A DNA stretch of 64,000 nt, from positions 32,001 through 96,000 of the forward strand of contig CAYWJO010000004.1 of the NCBI GenBank assembly GCA_964458565.1. Reading direction: 5' to 3'. The notes under the pieces are model-generated. The model was given only the letters and a program-made list of their open reading frames with translations, was not told the origin of the DNA and did not search any database. The stretch comes from an uncultured archaeon (GTDB lineage: Archaea; Asgardarchaeota; Thorarchaeia; Thorarchaeales; Thorarchaeaceae). A program made the translations under genes and the position numbers. Positions 48,299-58,294 of this stretch are shown one piece after another. The number at the start of each line of letters is the position of its first letter. The stretch's first letter is position 1.

Positions 48299-49287
48299 TT
48301 ACTTGATGAGGCTAGTATCCAGAAAAACAATCCACCTAGAATCCAAACAAAGAGACCTGCTCCCAGTACAACTCCAAGAGTAGCTCCCATTCCGGAAGAG
48401 CCTAAGTTTACATGCATATTACTAAATTTCTTGAAACCACCAATATACTTGGTTTCATATTCGCAGTGAAACTCCTTCTCTGTTACCGCTCCACATATCT
48501 CACAGACGAATTTGTTTTGAACCATCGCACCAATTAGGCTGTCCAGATTGCAACCAATGAATGCAGTAAGAATGCCTAGAGGAATGATGAATGCTAGATG
48601 CTCCAATCCCCCTGTAACCGCCAAGTTGATTGGGATTGATCCCGGAGCAACAATTGCAAAAAACACTGCAATGAATCCTAGACCTATTCCAGCTCCTACA
48701 GCTGCAAGCTCACCAAGGAGAGATACTGCACCAATTGTCCCTCGTGGAACTCTTCTTCTCAGATTCGTTATCAATCTGGGTTTGCTTTTACTGAAAACTC
48801 CAATCTCGCTTGCTAGTGTATCTGCAGTAGTCGTAGCGACTGCCCCTATGAATCCACCAAACATCCAATATGGTAACGTGCTGGTACCATTAGCGATAAC
48901 ATCAATTCCAAGCGCTGAGTATTGGGCACCCCAAGGTGCAAATCCAGTTAGCCACATTCCGATTGAAAAGAACATCGGAATCAGTCCACTAGCCATTACA
49001 TTTCTCCAGGATCTCTTGCCCTTACTTTCTTGTGCAAGTCCCTGCTTTGCTTTTGCCTTATACTTGAATTTTGTAGCAATACCCGCACTAGTAAAGAAGA
49101 ATAACAGAAGAACGAATGCTGCAGGACCTCCTGTGTACCATGTCGTAAATCCAATTATGAACGCACCAATCAAACCTGAAATGTCAACAAATCCTATTTT
49201 GTAAACTAGAAAACCAATCATGCACATCATCAATAACCCTGAAACTACAGGGTGGTCTAGTATTGTTATCATTTCACACACATCCAT
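48295..49287 (-). CDS. DUF92/TMEM19 family membrane protein
   Basis: R.W.NV.A.G, ADT.ASEIG, PRLIT...V.RGT.GAVS..G and DS.IGA..Q motifs, plus CxxC. Confidence 0.9.
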   Translation of the reverse strand: MDVCEMITILDHPVVSGLLMMCMIGFLVYKIGFVDISGLIGAFIIGFTTWYTGGPAAFVLLLFFFTSAGIATKFKYKAKAKQGLAQESKGKRSWRNVMASGLIPMFFSIGMWLTGFAPWGAQYSALGIDVIANGTSTLPYWMFGGFIGAVATTTADTLASEIGVFSKSKPRLITNLRRRVPRGTIGAVSLLGELAAVGAGIGLGFIAVFFAIVAPGSIPINLAVTGGLEHLAFIIPLGILTAFIGCNLDSLIGAMVQNKFVCEICGAVTEKEFHCEYETKYIGGFKKFSNMHVNLGSSGMGATLGVVLGAGLFVWILGGLFFWILASSSN

Positions 49288-49566
49288 GTATCATTACCTG
49301 CACAGCAGGTGCAATCACTGTAATCGGTGTTCTATCATCATATAATAACTGATATTTTGATTGTCTATTAGTTTATGAGGCGCGTTTTTTGACCTATTAT
49401 ACCTTTGCTCTTGGTCTTATATACTGTCGAAGGTTGAATGCGTCAATGCCGAAGTTGCGCAAAATATGCATAGTTTAATAGGCTCTTATTGGACAAAATA
49501 AGGATTTTTAGGTTCGATTTAAGATACTTTCCTGATTATAGCTCTTTAATGGTTCTAAAAAAAGCT

Positions 49567-52500
49567 CTAATAGACAGTAAACTTCGAAGGAGTGTATTCA
49601 ATTGCGCGACTTGGCAAAGGTTGGTTCATATGTAGTATCCTAACTTCCAAATAGTATCCAGTAACAACATCAATTGGGGGCGTGATCCATTGACTATTGA
49701 CTATGATCTCGCCATTATCGTCCAAGATCAGTGGATGGATAAATTCCTTGACGATATCTTTTTTTGAAAGAATTCGGATGGATACTTCGAGATTATCAAG
49801 ATTTTTAATGTCACTCTTAATCTTGGTTTCTATATCAATCATAGTTACTCGTTGAATAAACCCGGACAATCTTTCCCCTTTTCTATCCCTGAGTGCTGTT
49901 TCGACCCAAAATCTTGGACCTTCAAGCGCTTTTATTTTCATTTTATGAGTGTGCTCAATTTCTCTACCAGCGACTTTCAACTTTACATTGACATAGGCAG
50001 TACTCATCTCAATACTTAGAGGAATTTTAATTGTAATTGGAACAAGCTTTTGCTCAATGCTCTCTAACTCGAGTGGTTTGTTATAGACTAGTTGCTTCCC
50101 AAGTCTTGAATCAAACACAACCTCAAGTATCCCTTCAATTATTCCCTTACTTGTATTTTCTAATTGAATGATAGAGTTAATAACCTCGTTCGGATTCGCG
50201 AATCTGGGTACTCCGAGAATTTGGATATCAACTGGCAAACCCTTGCTCCCTTTATCAATCGAGATATCAACTGTCTTTTCATCAACAATACGACCATCGT
50301 AGATTAATACAGCAAGCAATTTTACATAATCGCTTGGTGTTTCAAAATCAGGTATCTGAAGCGGTCCGAAAGAAACGGATAGGTCTCTACTTGATTTCAA
50401 TCTCTGTTCAGTTAGCATTTTCCTTTGATTATCGGGTCCTATAATGTAAATTCGAATTGACGCCTTCCCACTATCATTAGCACTTCTTCTTATCCTCAAC
50501 CATCCTCGAAAGCTCTCACCAATTTGGACAATTCCTGGAGCTCTGAGGGATTCGATCCTCAGTACAACAGGTCGCGTATCTATTCGTATATGTTCAGATT
50601 CAACAATCGAGATTGAACTTTCATTATCACTCATCTCAGCTTGGATGACTCCAGATATCAGATCCTGTGTAAATGGTATGCTCCACTGAAAACCGAATTC
50701 TTCATTTATCAGGTTCGTAACATGAATCTGAGTTATGTCGTGGAAATCACCATCATCATTCTTGAACCGTATTCTTAGAATGGTGTCCTCCAGATCCATT
50801 CTATCCCTGTTTACTATCGAAATGCGTCCGTGGATTGCTTCTCCCGGTACTTTTCTCTTTGGCATCTCAATATCCAGTTTTAGTGAAGGTCCGCGATGTG
50901 AATAACCTACATAGAACGGCTTTGACGCAATATTCAAAATTTGCTGACCTGTGATATCTTGAAGTACTAGATGCAGATAACATCGTGCAACTCCCTCCTC
51001 ATTCTTATGTGGGATAACGAGCTTTGGGTACTGCTCTTGATTAAAGATAATGAGTTCTCCACTCTCCAATGTAAACTCTTTGGAAACCTGAACGAGTACT
51101 TTTTCTTGTTTTGGTGCAACTACTGAAATGATTGTCTTCAATTCGGTATCCGATGGATAATTTGTTTCAATCTCTCCGGAGAATTGAAGAGTAGAGATGC
51201 CATCAGCAAACTGTGTGGTGCTTGCTGTTCTGATTCCTGCCTTAATCCAGTAAGTTCTGATTGTTTCTGAGAGGTTGATTTGTCGACCTGCAATATCTGC
51301 AATTGCTAGTATGTTGTACGCAGTCTCAGGTCCTTCGGTTGGGAACGATACTCTTACTTCTTCAATTTCACCTACTTCTAACTCAGTAAGAGTGATTACG
51401 TCGTTTTGCACCCGCATTCGATTCGAGTTTTCAACATTGTATCGGATAACAAGATCTGTGATTACTCGATCAGATACATTTTGTAAAGTAATTGCGAATG
51501 AGGCTTTCTGACCAGCGAATATGAACTCCCCTTCAGGAATTATCTCTATCGCTAAGCCTTTCCACCATGAAAGCCAAGTTGGGAGATTGGGTCTCCCTCC
51601 AAGGGGATCAAATAACCAATTTGTGCAGCATTCTCTAGTAATGCCATAAAGACTTCTAAGCAGCACGACCATGTTCATATCAGATTCAGCATAAACTTTT
51701 AACTGGATATCTGCACCAGTCGTTTTTGGTTCAACAAATTCACTACCAAAAATCGAAGTCAATAGCGGTTGCATGAATGGATTCTCTGCAAGACCTAATT
51801 CCTCAAATTCATCTCTGATAATTCTAAGCATTGATATGATTCCGTCTGAAAGAAATCTATTCTTCTTATTGGAAATTGTACCATCATCGTTGATAGTGGA
51901 GTTGTAGAAACCTACGAACTCGCTCTCTGATGATGTGCTGGGTTTGAATGGTGCCCACAAACCTGCAGACACCGCAGATTCTCTATTGGTTGCAAGGCTA
52001 CCTGCACCAACATCCGGTATCCTCTCCCCATTTTCAATCATCCTTTTCGCTTTCAATGCAAGTGACTGGAGCAATAAGGCTAATCCAATCCGTCTCGGAA
52101 TTGAGAGTTGTGTATCAAAAACTCTGACCTCTATTGTCCCATAATCTGTGAATGGATAGATATCTACCATTCTAGCAAAACTTCGATTTACATGCTTGGA
52201 GAAATATTCTCTATCAGCATTGATCATAAACGGTATGAACTCGAATTCACTCGTTGGGCCCATTTGTGTTGTGTTCTTTAACAATCTAATAGAACGCTTA
52301 CATTTTGGTGCTCTAAGGTTGCCTTGCTCATCAATAATAACATTATCAGTCGGGATTTTATTTTCAAACGGTGAATTTACTGAAAGTGCAATAAGATGCG
52401 GAATAAAATTCCGAAACATGTTATACACACCAAGTCGAACTTCAATGTCAACATCGGGTCCAAGGATATGATGATGTTCTCCAAATGATAGATTCTTCAC

Positions 52501-52980
52501 GTATTCCTGTGTAGGATTCAAACCTGTTGAAACTAAAATTACACGCTCATCTTTTGGCAACGATTCCTGTGAGATTGCCAAAAGGGTTTGAATCCACCAT
52601 GCTAGTTCTTCAAGTGTTGTGCATGGTGGTGTGGCAATCTCTAATATCCACGTAAGACTTGTGACATTGGGATCATGTCCAATGAGTGTATATTCTTTAT
52701 AATTTCCCTGAGGGTCTTCATAATTTGCTATGATTCTGGACCCACGTTCACCTTCTTCAGTTTGTGCCGTGAACTTGCACTTGTTCGCTACTGATTTTAT
52801 CTTCGTTGAACGGATTCGTTGGTCAAGAAGTCCTTTTGCTCTTGAAATTAATTTATCGAAGATATCAACTACTTCTTCTCCTCTAATCCAGCTACCATCT
52901 TTTCGTATTAGTTGTAGTTCTGCCTCTATACCATGTGCAAAATGTAGAACCGTTTCTGCGTCATTGTCTATAGAGGTCAT
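49567..52980 (-). CDS. GCS2/YbdK-type carboxylate-amine ligase fused to multiple Ig-like beta-sandwich domains
   Basis: GIEAELQ, LEIATPP, FGEHHHI, ALSVNSPF and GTIEVRVFD motifs in the N-terminal ~330 aa; the remainder is beta-strand repeats. Confidence 0.8.
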   Translation of the reverse strand: MTSIDNDAETVLHFAHGIEAELQLIRKDGSWIRGEEVVDIFDKLISRAKGLLDQRIRSTKIKSVANKCKFTAQTEEGERGSRIIANYEDPQGNYKEYTLIGHDPNVTSLTWILEIATPPCTTLEELAWWIQTLLAISQESLPKDERVILVSTGLNPTQEYVKNLSFGEHHHILGPDVDIEVRLGVYNMFRNFIPHLIALSVNSPFENKIPTDNVIIDEQGNLRAPKCKRSIRLLKNTTQMGPTSEFEFIPFMINADREYFSKHVNRSFARMVDIYPFTDYGTIEVRVFDTQLSIPRRIGLALLLQSLALKAKRMIENGERIPDVGAGSLATNRESAVSAGLWAPFKPSTSSESEFVGFYNSTINDDGTISNKKNRFLSDGIISMLRIIRDEFEELGLAENPFMQPLLTSIFGSEFVEPKTTGADIQLKVYAESDMNMVVLLRSLYGITRECCTNWLFDPLGGRPNLPTWLSWWKGLAIEIIPEGEFIFAGQKASFAITLQNVSDRVITDLVIRYNVENSNRMRVQNDVITLTELEVGEIEEVRVSFPTEGPETAYNILAIADIAGRQINLSETIRTYWIKAGIRTASTTQFADGISTLQFSGEIETNYPSDTELKTIISVVAPKQEKVLVQVSKEFTLESGELIIFNQEQYPKLVIPHKNEEGVARCYLHLVLQDITGQQILNIASKPFYVGYSHRGPSLKLDIEMPKRKVPGEAIHGRISIVNRDRMDLEDTILRIRFKNDDGDFHDITQIHVTNLINEEFGFQWSIPFTQDLISGVIQAEMSDNESSISIVESEHIRIDTRPVVLRIESLRAPGIVQIGESFRGWLRIRRSANDSGKASIRIYIIGPDNQRKMLTEQRLKSSRDLSVSFGPLQIPDFETPSDYVKLLAVLIYDGRIVDEKTVDISIDKGSKGLPVDIQILGVPRFANPNEVINSIIQLENTSKGIIEGILEVVFDSRLGKQLVYNKPLELESIEQKLVPITIKIPLSIEMSTAYVNVKLKVAGREIEHTHKMKIKALEGPRFWVETALRDRKGERLSGFIQRVTMIDIETKIKSDIKNLDNLEVSIRILSKKDIVKEFIHPLILDDNGEIIVNSQWITPPIDVVTGYYLEVRILHMNQPLPSRAIEYTPSKFTVY

Positions 52981-53075
52981 GATCTCACATCTGATGAAGG
53001 CATTCTGCGTTCAATTACTTTCGGGTGTTCCTCAAAACAAATTGGACCGGATTAGTTATTATCTTTGCTTGGGTC

Positions 53076-53516
53076 TCAGGATTCAGATACTAATTCAAAT
53101 ATCTCCTTGACCTTTTCACTGAGTTCCTTCATTCTGTACCAGACTGATTCTCGACCCTTGCGTTCAGCTAATAGGTCAATTAGTATATTATAATCGAAAT
53201 CTATAATGTCCTTCAAAAGAATCAATGCTCGCTCATCCTCGAAATATGAGTCATCAACTCTTCCATCACGAATTCTCTTTGCTAGTGGTTCCAGAGATCT
53301 TTTAGCTGAGTCAAGTTTAACCAATGCAGATCGATACTTATCTTTCTCATCAGACATAGCATATCCTCCGACTAATGGTGTCATACCTGCTCCTACTGAC
53401 CCCATCCCAATCGAATCAAGTGCATCCATTGCATCATTGAAATGTTCATACGCATCTGACAGACACGTTTTGATTGCCTTGACAACTCTTGGCCTATCGC
53501 TATAATCTGACAACAT
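53076..53516 (-). CDS. Hypothetical helical protein
   Basis: 146-aa ORF preceded by a GAGGTGA RBS. Confidence 0.7.
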   Translation of the reverse strand: MLSDYSDRPRVVKAIKTCLSDAYEHFNDAMDALDSIGMGSVGAGMTPLVGGYAMSDEKDKYRSALVKLDSAKRSLEPLAKRIRDGRVDDSYFEDERALILLKDIIDFDYNILIDLLAERKGRESVWYRMKELSEKVKEIFELVSES

Positions 53517-53530
53517 ATCACCTCATTGTG

Positions 53531-53577
53531 AGAAAGAATATTAAGAAACAGAAAGTGTCGGGTGTAGACCCCGACAC
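53531..53577 (-). terminator. Hairpin terminator after oppF
   Basis: GTGTCGGG/CCCGACAC 8-bp stem (53555-53577), with an A-rich tract on the plus strand. Confidence 0.6.
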
Positions 53578-53596
53578 AAATCGTTCGGTTATTGTT

Positions 53597-54652
53597 TTAT
53601 AGGGGTCCATCGCCCAGTTCGCCTGCAAAGTGACAGGCCACCACATGATCATTATCCATATCCCTATCCTCTGGAATCTCTCTAACACAGATTTCCTGTG
53701 CGTATGGGCATCTCGGGTGAAATCTGCAACCTGGTGGAACATTAATTGGACTTGGTGGTTCGCCCTTTAGTGATTCAACTCGTTTCTTCACCGTTGGATC
53801 ACCAGATGGTACTGCAGATATCAATGCTCGAGTATAGGGGTGCAATGGATTGAATGCAACCTCATGCGCGGGTCCAATCTCCATAATCTTACCAAGATAC
53901 ATGATTCCGATTCTATCGGCGATGTATGTAGCGATAGCAAGGTCGTGAGTAATGAACAGATAAGTGAGTCCTAGCTCTTCACGTAGCTGAAGCAACAAGT
54001 TAAGAATCTCTGCACGAATTGATACATCGAGCATTGAAACTGGCTCATCGGCAACCATGAATTCCGGATGCAATATGAGTGCTCTGGCTACTGATATACG
54101 CTGGCGTTGACCACCTGAGAGTTCATGTGGATAACGATCGATGTAATCCCCTGCAGGTGTAATTGCTACACTCTCAAGTGCCTCAAGAACACGTTTTCTT
54201 CTCTGACTTGGTGTTAATGGAAGTTTATGAACCGTCAGCGGTTCTGCAACAATACTGAAAATACTCTGTTTCGGATTGAGGGATTCGTATGGATCCTGAA
54301 AGGTAATCTGCATTTTCTTACGTAATTCTTTCATCTCTTGTCTGTCCAAAGTAGATAGGTCCTGTCCCGCGTACACAACCTGACCATCAGTTGGTAATTC
54401 AAGATATAGAACACATCGACCTGTTGTAGTCTTCCCGCATCCAGATTCGCCTGCAAGTACTAACACTTCACCTTTCTTGATATCGAAGCTCACTCCATCA
54501 ACTGCTCTCACGAAAAGTTCTTGTTTGTAGAGTAGCGATGATAGGAAGCCAGTGTTTACAGGAAACCACTTTCTCATATTGCGGACCTGAATAAGTGCAT
54601 CACCTTCAGTAACTGTTGATTGTGCGATTACACCTCTATCGTCAATTGTCAT
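53597..54652 (-). CDS. oppF: Oligopeptide/dipeptide ABC transporter ATP-binding protein
   Basis: GESGCGKT, FQDPY.SLNP, LSGGQRQR, DEPVSMLD, HPYT and GCRFHPRC motifs. Confidence 0.93.
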   Translation of the reverse strand: MTIDDRGVIAQSTVTEGDALIQVRNMRKWFPVNTGFLSSLLYKQELFVRAVDGVSFDIKKGEVLVLAGESGCGKTTTGRCVLYLELPTDGQVVYAGQDLSTLDRQEMKELRKKMQITFQDPYESLNPKQSIFSIVAEPLTVHKLPLTPSQRRKRVLEALESVAITPAGDYIDRYPHELSGGQRQRISVARALILHPEFMVADEPVSMLDVSIRAEILNLLLQLREELGLTYLFITHDLAIATYIADRIGIMYLGKIMEIGPAHEVAFNPLHPYTRALISAVPSGDPTVKKRVESLKGEPPSPINVPPGCRFHPRCPYAQEICVREIPEDRDMDNDHVVACHFAGELGDGPL

Positions 54653-54664
54653 TTCTTCGCCTCC

Positions 54665-55654
54665 TTACTCCAAATCCACTGTTAGCTCGCCTCTGAGTTT
54701 CTCGGCGAAGTGACATGCTACCCATCTGTCTGGCTCAATCTCGTCGAATGATGGTTCTTCTCTGGAACAGATATCTTGAGCGTATGGACATCTCGGATGG
54801 AATCTGCACCCTGTAGGTGGCTCAATCAAGTCAGGTGGTGAACCGGGGATTGAGGTAAGTTTTTTCTTTTCAGCTTTCACCATGCTTGGGATTGCTCCTA
54901 CAAGTCCTGCTGCATACGGGTGAATTGGTTCTTTGAATACAGATACTACATCCGCAAGCTCTGCAATACGACCCGCATACATGATTGCCGTCTTATCGCA
55001 TGTTTCTGCAATAACACTCAAGTCGTGAGTAATCAAAATCAGCGACAGACCCAAGTCTTTCTGAAGTTTTTGCATTAGCTTCAGTATTTGGGCCTGAATT
55101 GTAACATCCAGGGCAGTTGTTGGCTCGTCTGCAATAACCAAGTCTGGATTACAGGCAAGAGCCATGGCAATCATTGCACGTTGGCGCATTCCACCAGAGA
55201 ACTCATGGGGGTAGTTATGAATACGACCTGGATCAAGACCAACCATTTCGAAGAGTTTAGCGCATCTATCCAGTGCTTCTTCCTCTGTCACGTTTTCGTG
55301 CATAAGAATAGCTTCTGCAATTTGCTCGCCGATTTCAAAGACCGGATTGAGCGCATTCATCGCACCTTGAAAGACAATTGCAACATTCTTCCATCGAATA
55401 TCACGCATCTCTTTCGCACTCTTCCTAATCAAGTCGTCACCCTTGAAGTAGACGTTTCCACCTACTATATTTGCTGCGGGGGGCAAAAGTTGCATTATTG
55501 AGTATGCAAGACTACTCTTTCCACAACCACTTTCTCCGGCTAGACCGACTGATTCTCCTGATTCAAGTTGGAGGGACACATTATCCACGGCTTTGACCAA
55601 GCCTTTCATTGTCTGGTAATACATGCGCAGATTTCTAATATCAAGCAATGGCAT
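54665..55654 (-). CDS. oppD: Oligopeptide/dipeptide ABC transporter ATP-binding protein
   Basis: [26 protein letters not shown] and DEPTTALD motifs; start placed at ATG 55654 (MPLLDIRNL). Confidence 0.93.
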   Translation of the reverse strand: MPLLDIRNLRMYYQTMKGLVKAVDNVSLQLESGESVGLAGESGCGKSSLAYSIMQLLPPAANIVGGNVYFKGDDLIRKSAKEMRDIRWKNVAIVFQGAMNALNPVFEIGEQIAEAILMHENVTEEEALDRCAKLFEMVGLDPGRIHNYPHEFSGGMRQRAMIAMALACNPDLVIADEPTTALDVTIQAQILKLMQKLQKDLGLSLILITHDLSVIAETCDKTAIMYAGRIAELADVVSVFKEPIHPYAAGLVGAIPSMVKAEKKKLTSIPGSPPDLIEPPTGCRFHPRCPYAQDICSREEPSFDEIEPDRWVACHFAEKLRGELTVDLE

Positions 55655-55873
55655 GTTTCTTTTCTCCGCGGGAGCTATAAGATGGATTTGGTTTCTTAAC
55701 AACCATTCCAAGCGAGGCTTGCCCCTTGGTTGGCTTAAATATGTTGCTTTCAGCTCAATGAACAAAATGGGTTTTTCATTAATTGTATATCCGGCAATTG
55801 GGAACTGCAAGTGTTGCCATGCCTAGTGCGAAACTAGTAAAAGGCACTACCCTCATATCTGCTATGTGTAACT

Positions 55874-56188
55874 ATGACAGTTCGTGCCTTTCCTCGTACT
55901 CGGGATTCTCCTCAAAAGAAGATACTTTTGATTCCGGTTATCTTGATTTTTGGCGGCTTGATTATGATGTATATTCCATATCTAGGATTCATTGGAGCCA
56001 TTGTATCTCTGACAGGAGCTCTTAGTGTGTTTCTTGTTGGAATGGTCTATGCAGATTTATGGGCTGCACATAGAAGAACTCGTTCGATAATAAAAGCACG
56101 TGAGGAACGTGGAATCAAAGAGGACGATGATGCTGACGACGATTATGATCCATTTGTTGATGAAATTGGGACCGTAGAAGATGATTGA
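55874..56188 (+). CDS. Small 2-TM membrane protein with acidic tail
   Basis: Two hydrophobic helices, a basic patch, then an Asp-rich C-terminus. Confidence 0.65.
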   Translation: MTVRAFPRTRDSPQKKILLIPVILIFGGLIMMYIPYLGFIGAIVSLTGALSVFLVGMVYADLWAAHRRTRSIIKAREERGIKEDDDADDDYDPFVDEIGTVEDD

Positions 56189-56320
56189 CAAAATATGTAC
56201 AATCAACTTCCCTGAGAGGTAGCTTTTAATATTCAAAAAACCCGGACGGTATTGAATGTGTCAACAAGAGCGGCAAAGAGAAACTTTGAGTTTTGCCGTT
56301 TTCTCATCGGAGGATATTAA

Positions 56321-57961
56321 ATGTCTGAAGAAACCAAACAGGCTGGATGGAAAGACCGCAACTTGTACGTTAGCATCACTGGATTCTGGGGTGAATACAA
56401 GAAACACAGAATCGGACTAATTGGTCTATTCGTACTTATAATGTACTTTGGAATCGCAATCTTTGCTCCTGTAATATCACAAGGAGTAGATCCCTCACCA
56501 ACCAATAAGGTTGCACCACCATTCCTCGCACCTAGCTGGATGGCTGTGTTTGATCCAACCGGTGTCGTGACAGGGGAATTATCCCCCGATCCATATCTTA
56601 ATGTGAATCCTAATGCAACATCAGACCCCGTTCTTTCAAAAATCAACATTGTAAGGAAAAATGGTACTAATACGGATCCATTCGATTATGCGTATGGGGA
56701 TGGCTATGTCAATCTGACCTGGACGCACACTGCTGGAACTGAATATTGGTGGAAACCTGAGCTTGATAATCTGCCGTTGGGTCAGATTCTTCCCAGAACT
56801 GAGCCGCAGGTCAATGATTTCATTATGTTTGAGCAAGAGCTCCCGTGGTTATACCAGACCATGCCTTCTGATGTAAATATGACTTTTGAATTGGGTGTGA
56901 AGCTGAATGGAGATTTCACGAGAACATATGGAGGACTAATGTTCAAGATTTATATATATCTCATTGATTCTGCAGGTAATTGGTGGCAAGTTTATGAATC
57001 AGTTCCACCTTATGAATCACTTGTTGTAAATCGCCGAATTGACCTGAGTGGTTTTGACGTTGTTGAGGGCTGGGAAGGTATAACCGGAAGTAACGAAACA
57101 GGTTCCGATTTTGTCAAAGACCCTGAACCTTGGGTTAAAGTTGGAGTTGTACTCTCACCAACCCGTAACTTTCGTGAGAGACTAAGTCCTAGTAATCCAG
57201 ATGATTTTCCATACCTTGTTTATAATGGAAGTGTAGAAGTCCATGTCACTACTCTGAGTACCATTGCCTATGGTCCTTATTATGGAATTTTAGGCACAAC
57301 AGATAAGGGTGGAGACGCGTGGTCTCAACTTATCTATGGGACTCGTATCTCATTGATTATCGGAATCTTGGCAACTGGGTTGTCCACCGCCGTGGGAGTC
57401 ATTGTAGGGCTCGTAGCGGGATATTTCGGTGGAAAAATAGACGAAGCGCTCATGAGGGTCGTTGACTTCCTGCTTGTCATACCTGGGCTGCCGCTTATGA
57501 TGGTTCTCGCGGCTTTTCTGGGGCCGACAATAGGAAACATCATCCTCGTCATCTCGATTCTGGGATGGACGGGGACATCTCGGTTGATACGGTCACAGGT
57601 GATGGCCGAGAAGAACAAAGCATACGTTGAGAGTGCGAAGGCCATTGGAGCCTCCGATACATACATCATCTTCAGACACATTCTCCCGAATGTGACTCCA
57701 ATCCTGTTCGCAAACATTACCCTGGGTGTCGTCGGAGCCATCCTCTCAGAATCTGGTCTTGCGTTCCTTGGTCTCACTGACCCAAGTGAGCCAAGCTGGG
57801 GCAGAATGCTTGCTGATGCCCAGACCGCTGGTGGATTCAGCAACGGTGCATGGTGGGTCGTAGTCTTTCCAGGACTGATGATCACAGCATTATCTCTATC
57901 ATTCACCTTTATTGGTCATACACTTGACCAAGTACTTAATCCAAGGCTCAGAGAACGTTAA
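56321..57961 (+). CDS. oppC: Oligopeptide ABC permease OppC-type, copy 1, with large extracellular insertion
   Basis: LGT...G.D..SQL..G.RISL, YVESAKAIGAS...I.RHILPN and WG.ML motifs. Confidence 0.92.
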   Translation: MSEETKQAGWKDRNLYVSITGFWGEYKKHRIGLIGLFVLIMYFGIAIFAPVISQGVDPSPTNKVAPPFLAPSWMAVFDPTGVVTGELSPDPYLNVNPNATSDPVLSKINIVRKNGTNTDPFDYAYGDGYVNLTWTHTAGTEYWWKPELDNLPLGQILPRTEPQVNDFIMFEQELPWLYQTMPSDVNMTFELGVKLNGDFTRTYGGLMFKIYIYLIDSAGNWWQVYESVPPYESLVVNRRIDLSGFDVVEGWEGITGSNETGSDFVKDPEPWVKVGVVLSPTRNFRERLSPSNPDDFPYLVYNGSVEVHVTTLSTIAYGPYYGILGTTDKGGDAWSQLIYGTRISLIIGILATGLSTAVGVIVGLVAGYFGGKIDEALMRVVDFLLVIPGLPLMMVLAAFLGPTIGNIILVISILGWTGTSRLIRSQVMAEKNKAYVESAKAIGASDTYIIFRHILPNVTPILFANITLGVVGAILSESGLAFLGLTDPSEPSWGRMLADAQTAGGFSNGAWWVVVFPGLMITALSLSFTFIGHTLDQVLNPRLRER

Positions 57962-57976
57962 ACTCTCTCTGAATGT

Positions 57977-58017
57977 AAGTCTGGGTCCCTCGAGACCCCG
58001 ACTTCTCTTCTTTTTTT
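57977..58017 (+). terminator. Hairpin + U-tract terminator after oppC copy 1
   Basis: AAGTC.GGGTC/GACCC.GACTT stem followed by CTCTTCTTTTTTT. Confidence 0.6.
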
Positions 58018-58294
58018 AAGAATCATTTAATCGAATCCCAGATTTCTGGGTTAGTCTATCACTCGAGATCTATATGAATCATCAGTGTTCCCTCGAATTC
58101 AGAGAGCCTACAATCAGTGACATCGTTTCCACGAGAATCTTGGATATCAACGGGTGTAATTGTATATAGCTGCCACTTTCGTACATAGTAGTACCATGAA
58201 CACTATGTTTATTAATTGCAAAACAACTTACTACCTTGGCTCGCAGTACTTAGTGTCCCTAGGTATTGTATGATAATAACAAGGAGCGTTAAAA

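Noticed and set aside
48548-49204. 218-aa plus-strand ORF
   Set aside because: Antisense to a clear DUF92 gene; no motifs.
55655-55810. N-terminal extensions in the ORF track (oppD here; also 8122, 25114-25218, 38942, 59653, 61280)
   Set aside because: They run through promoter or intergenic DNA or overlap neighbouring genes; downstream starts match family N-termini and RBS positions.
57334-57906. 190-aa antisense ORF (and similar ones at 60648-61277)
   Set aside because: Shadow of the conserved oppC core; its repetition is explained by the oppC duplication.
57962-58294. Longer intergenic gaps (also 1053-1380, 49288-49566, 59376-59748) as tRNA/ncRNA loci
   Set aside because: I could not recognise a cloverleaf, T-loop or convincing C/D box pair; an Infernal/Rfam scan would be needed to exclude an ncRNA.
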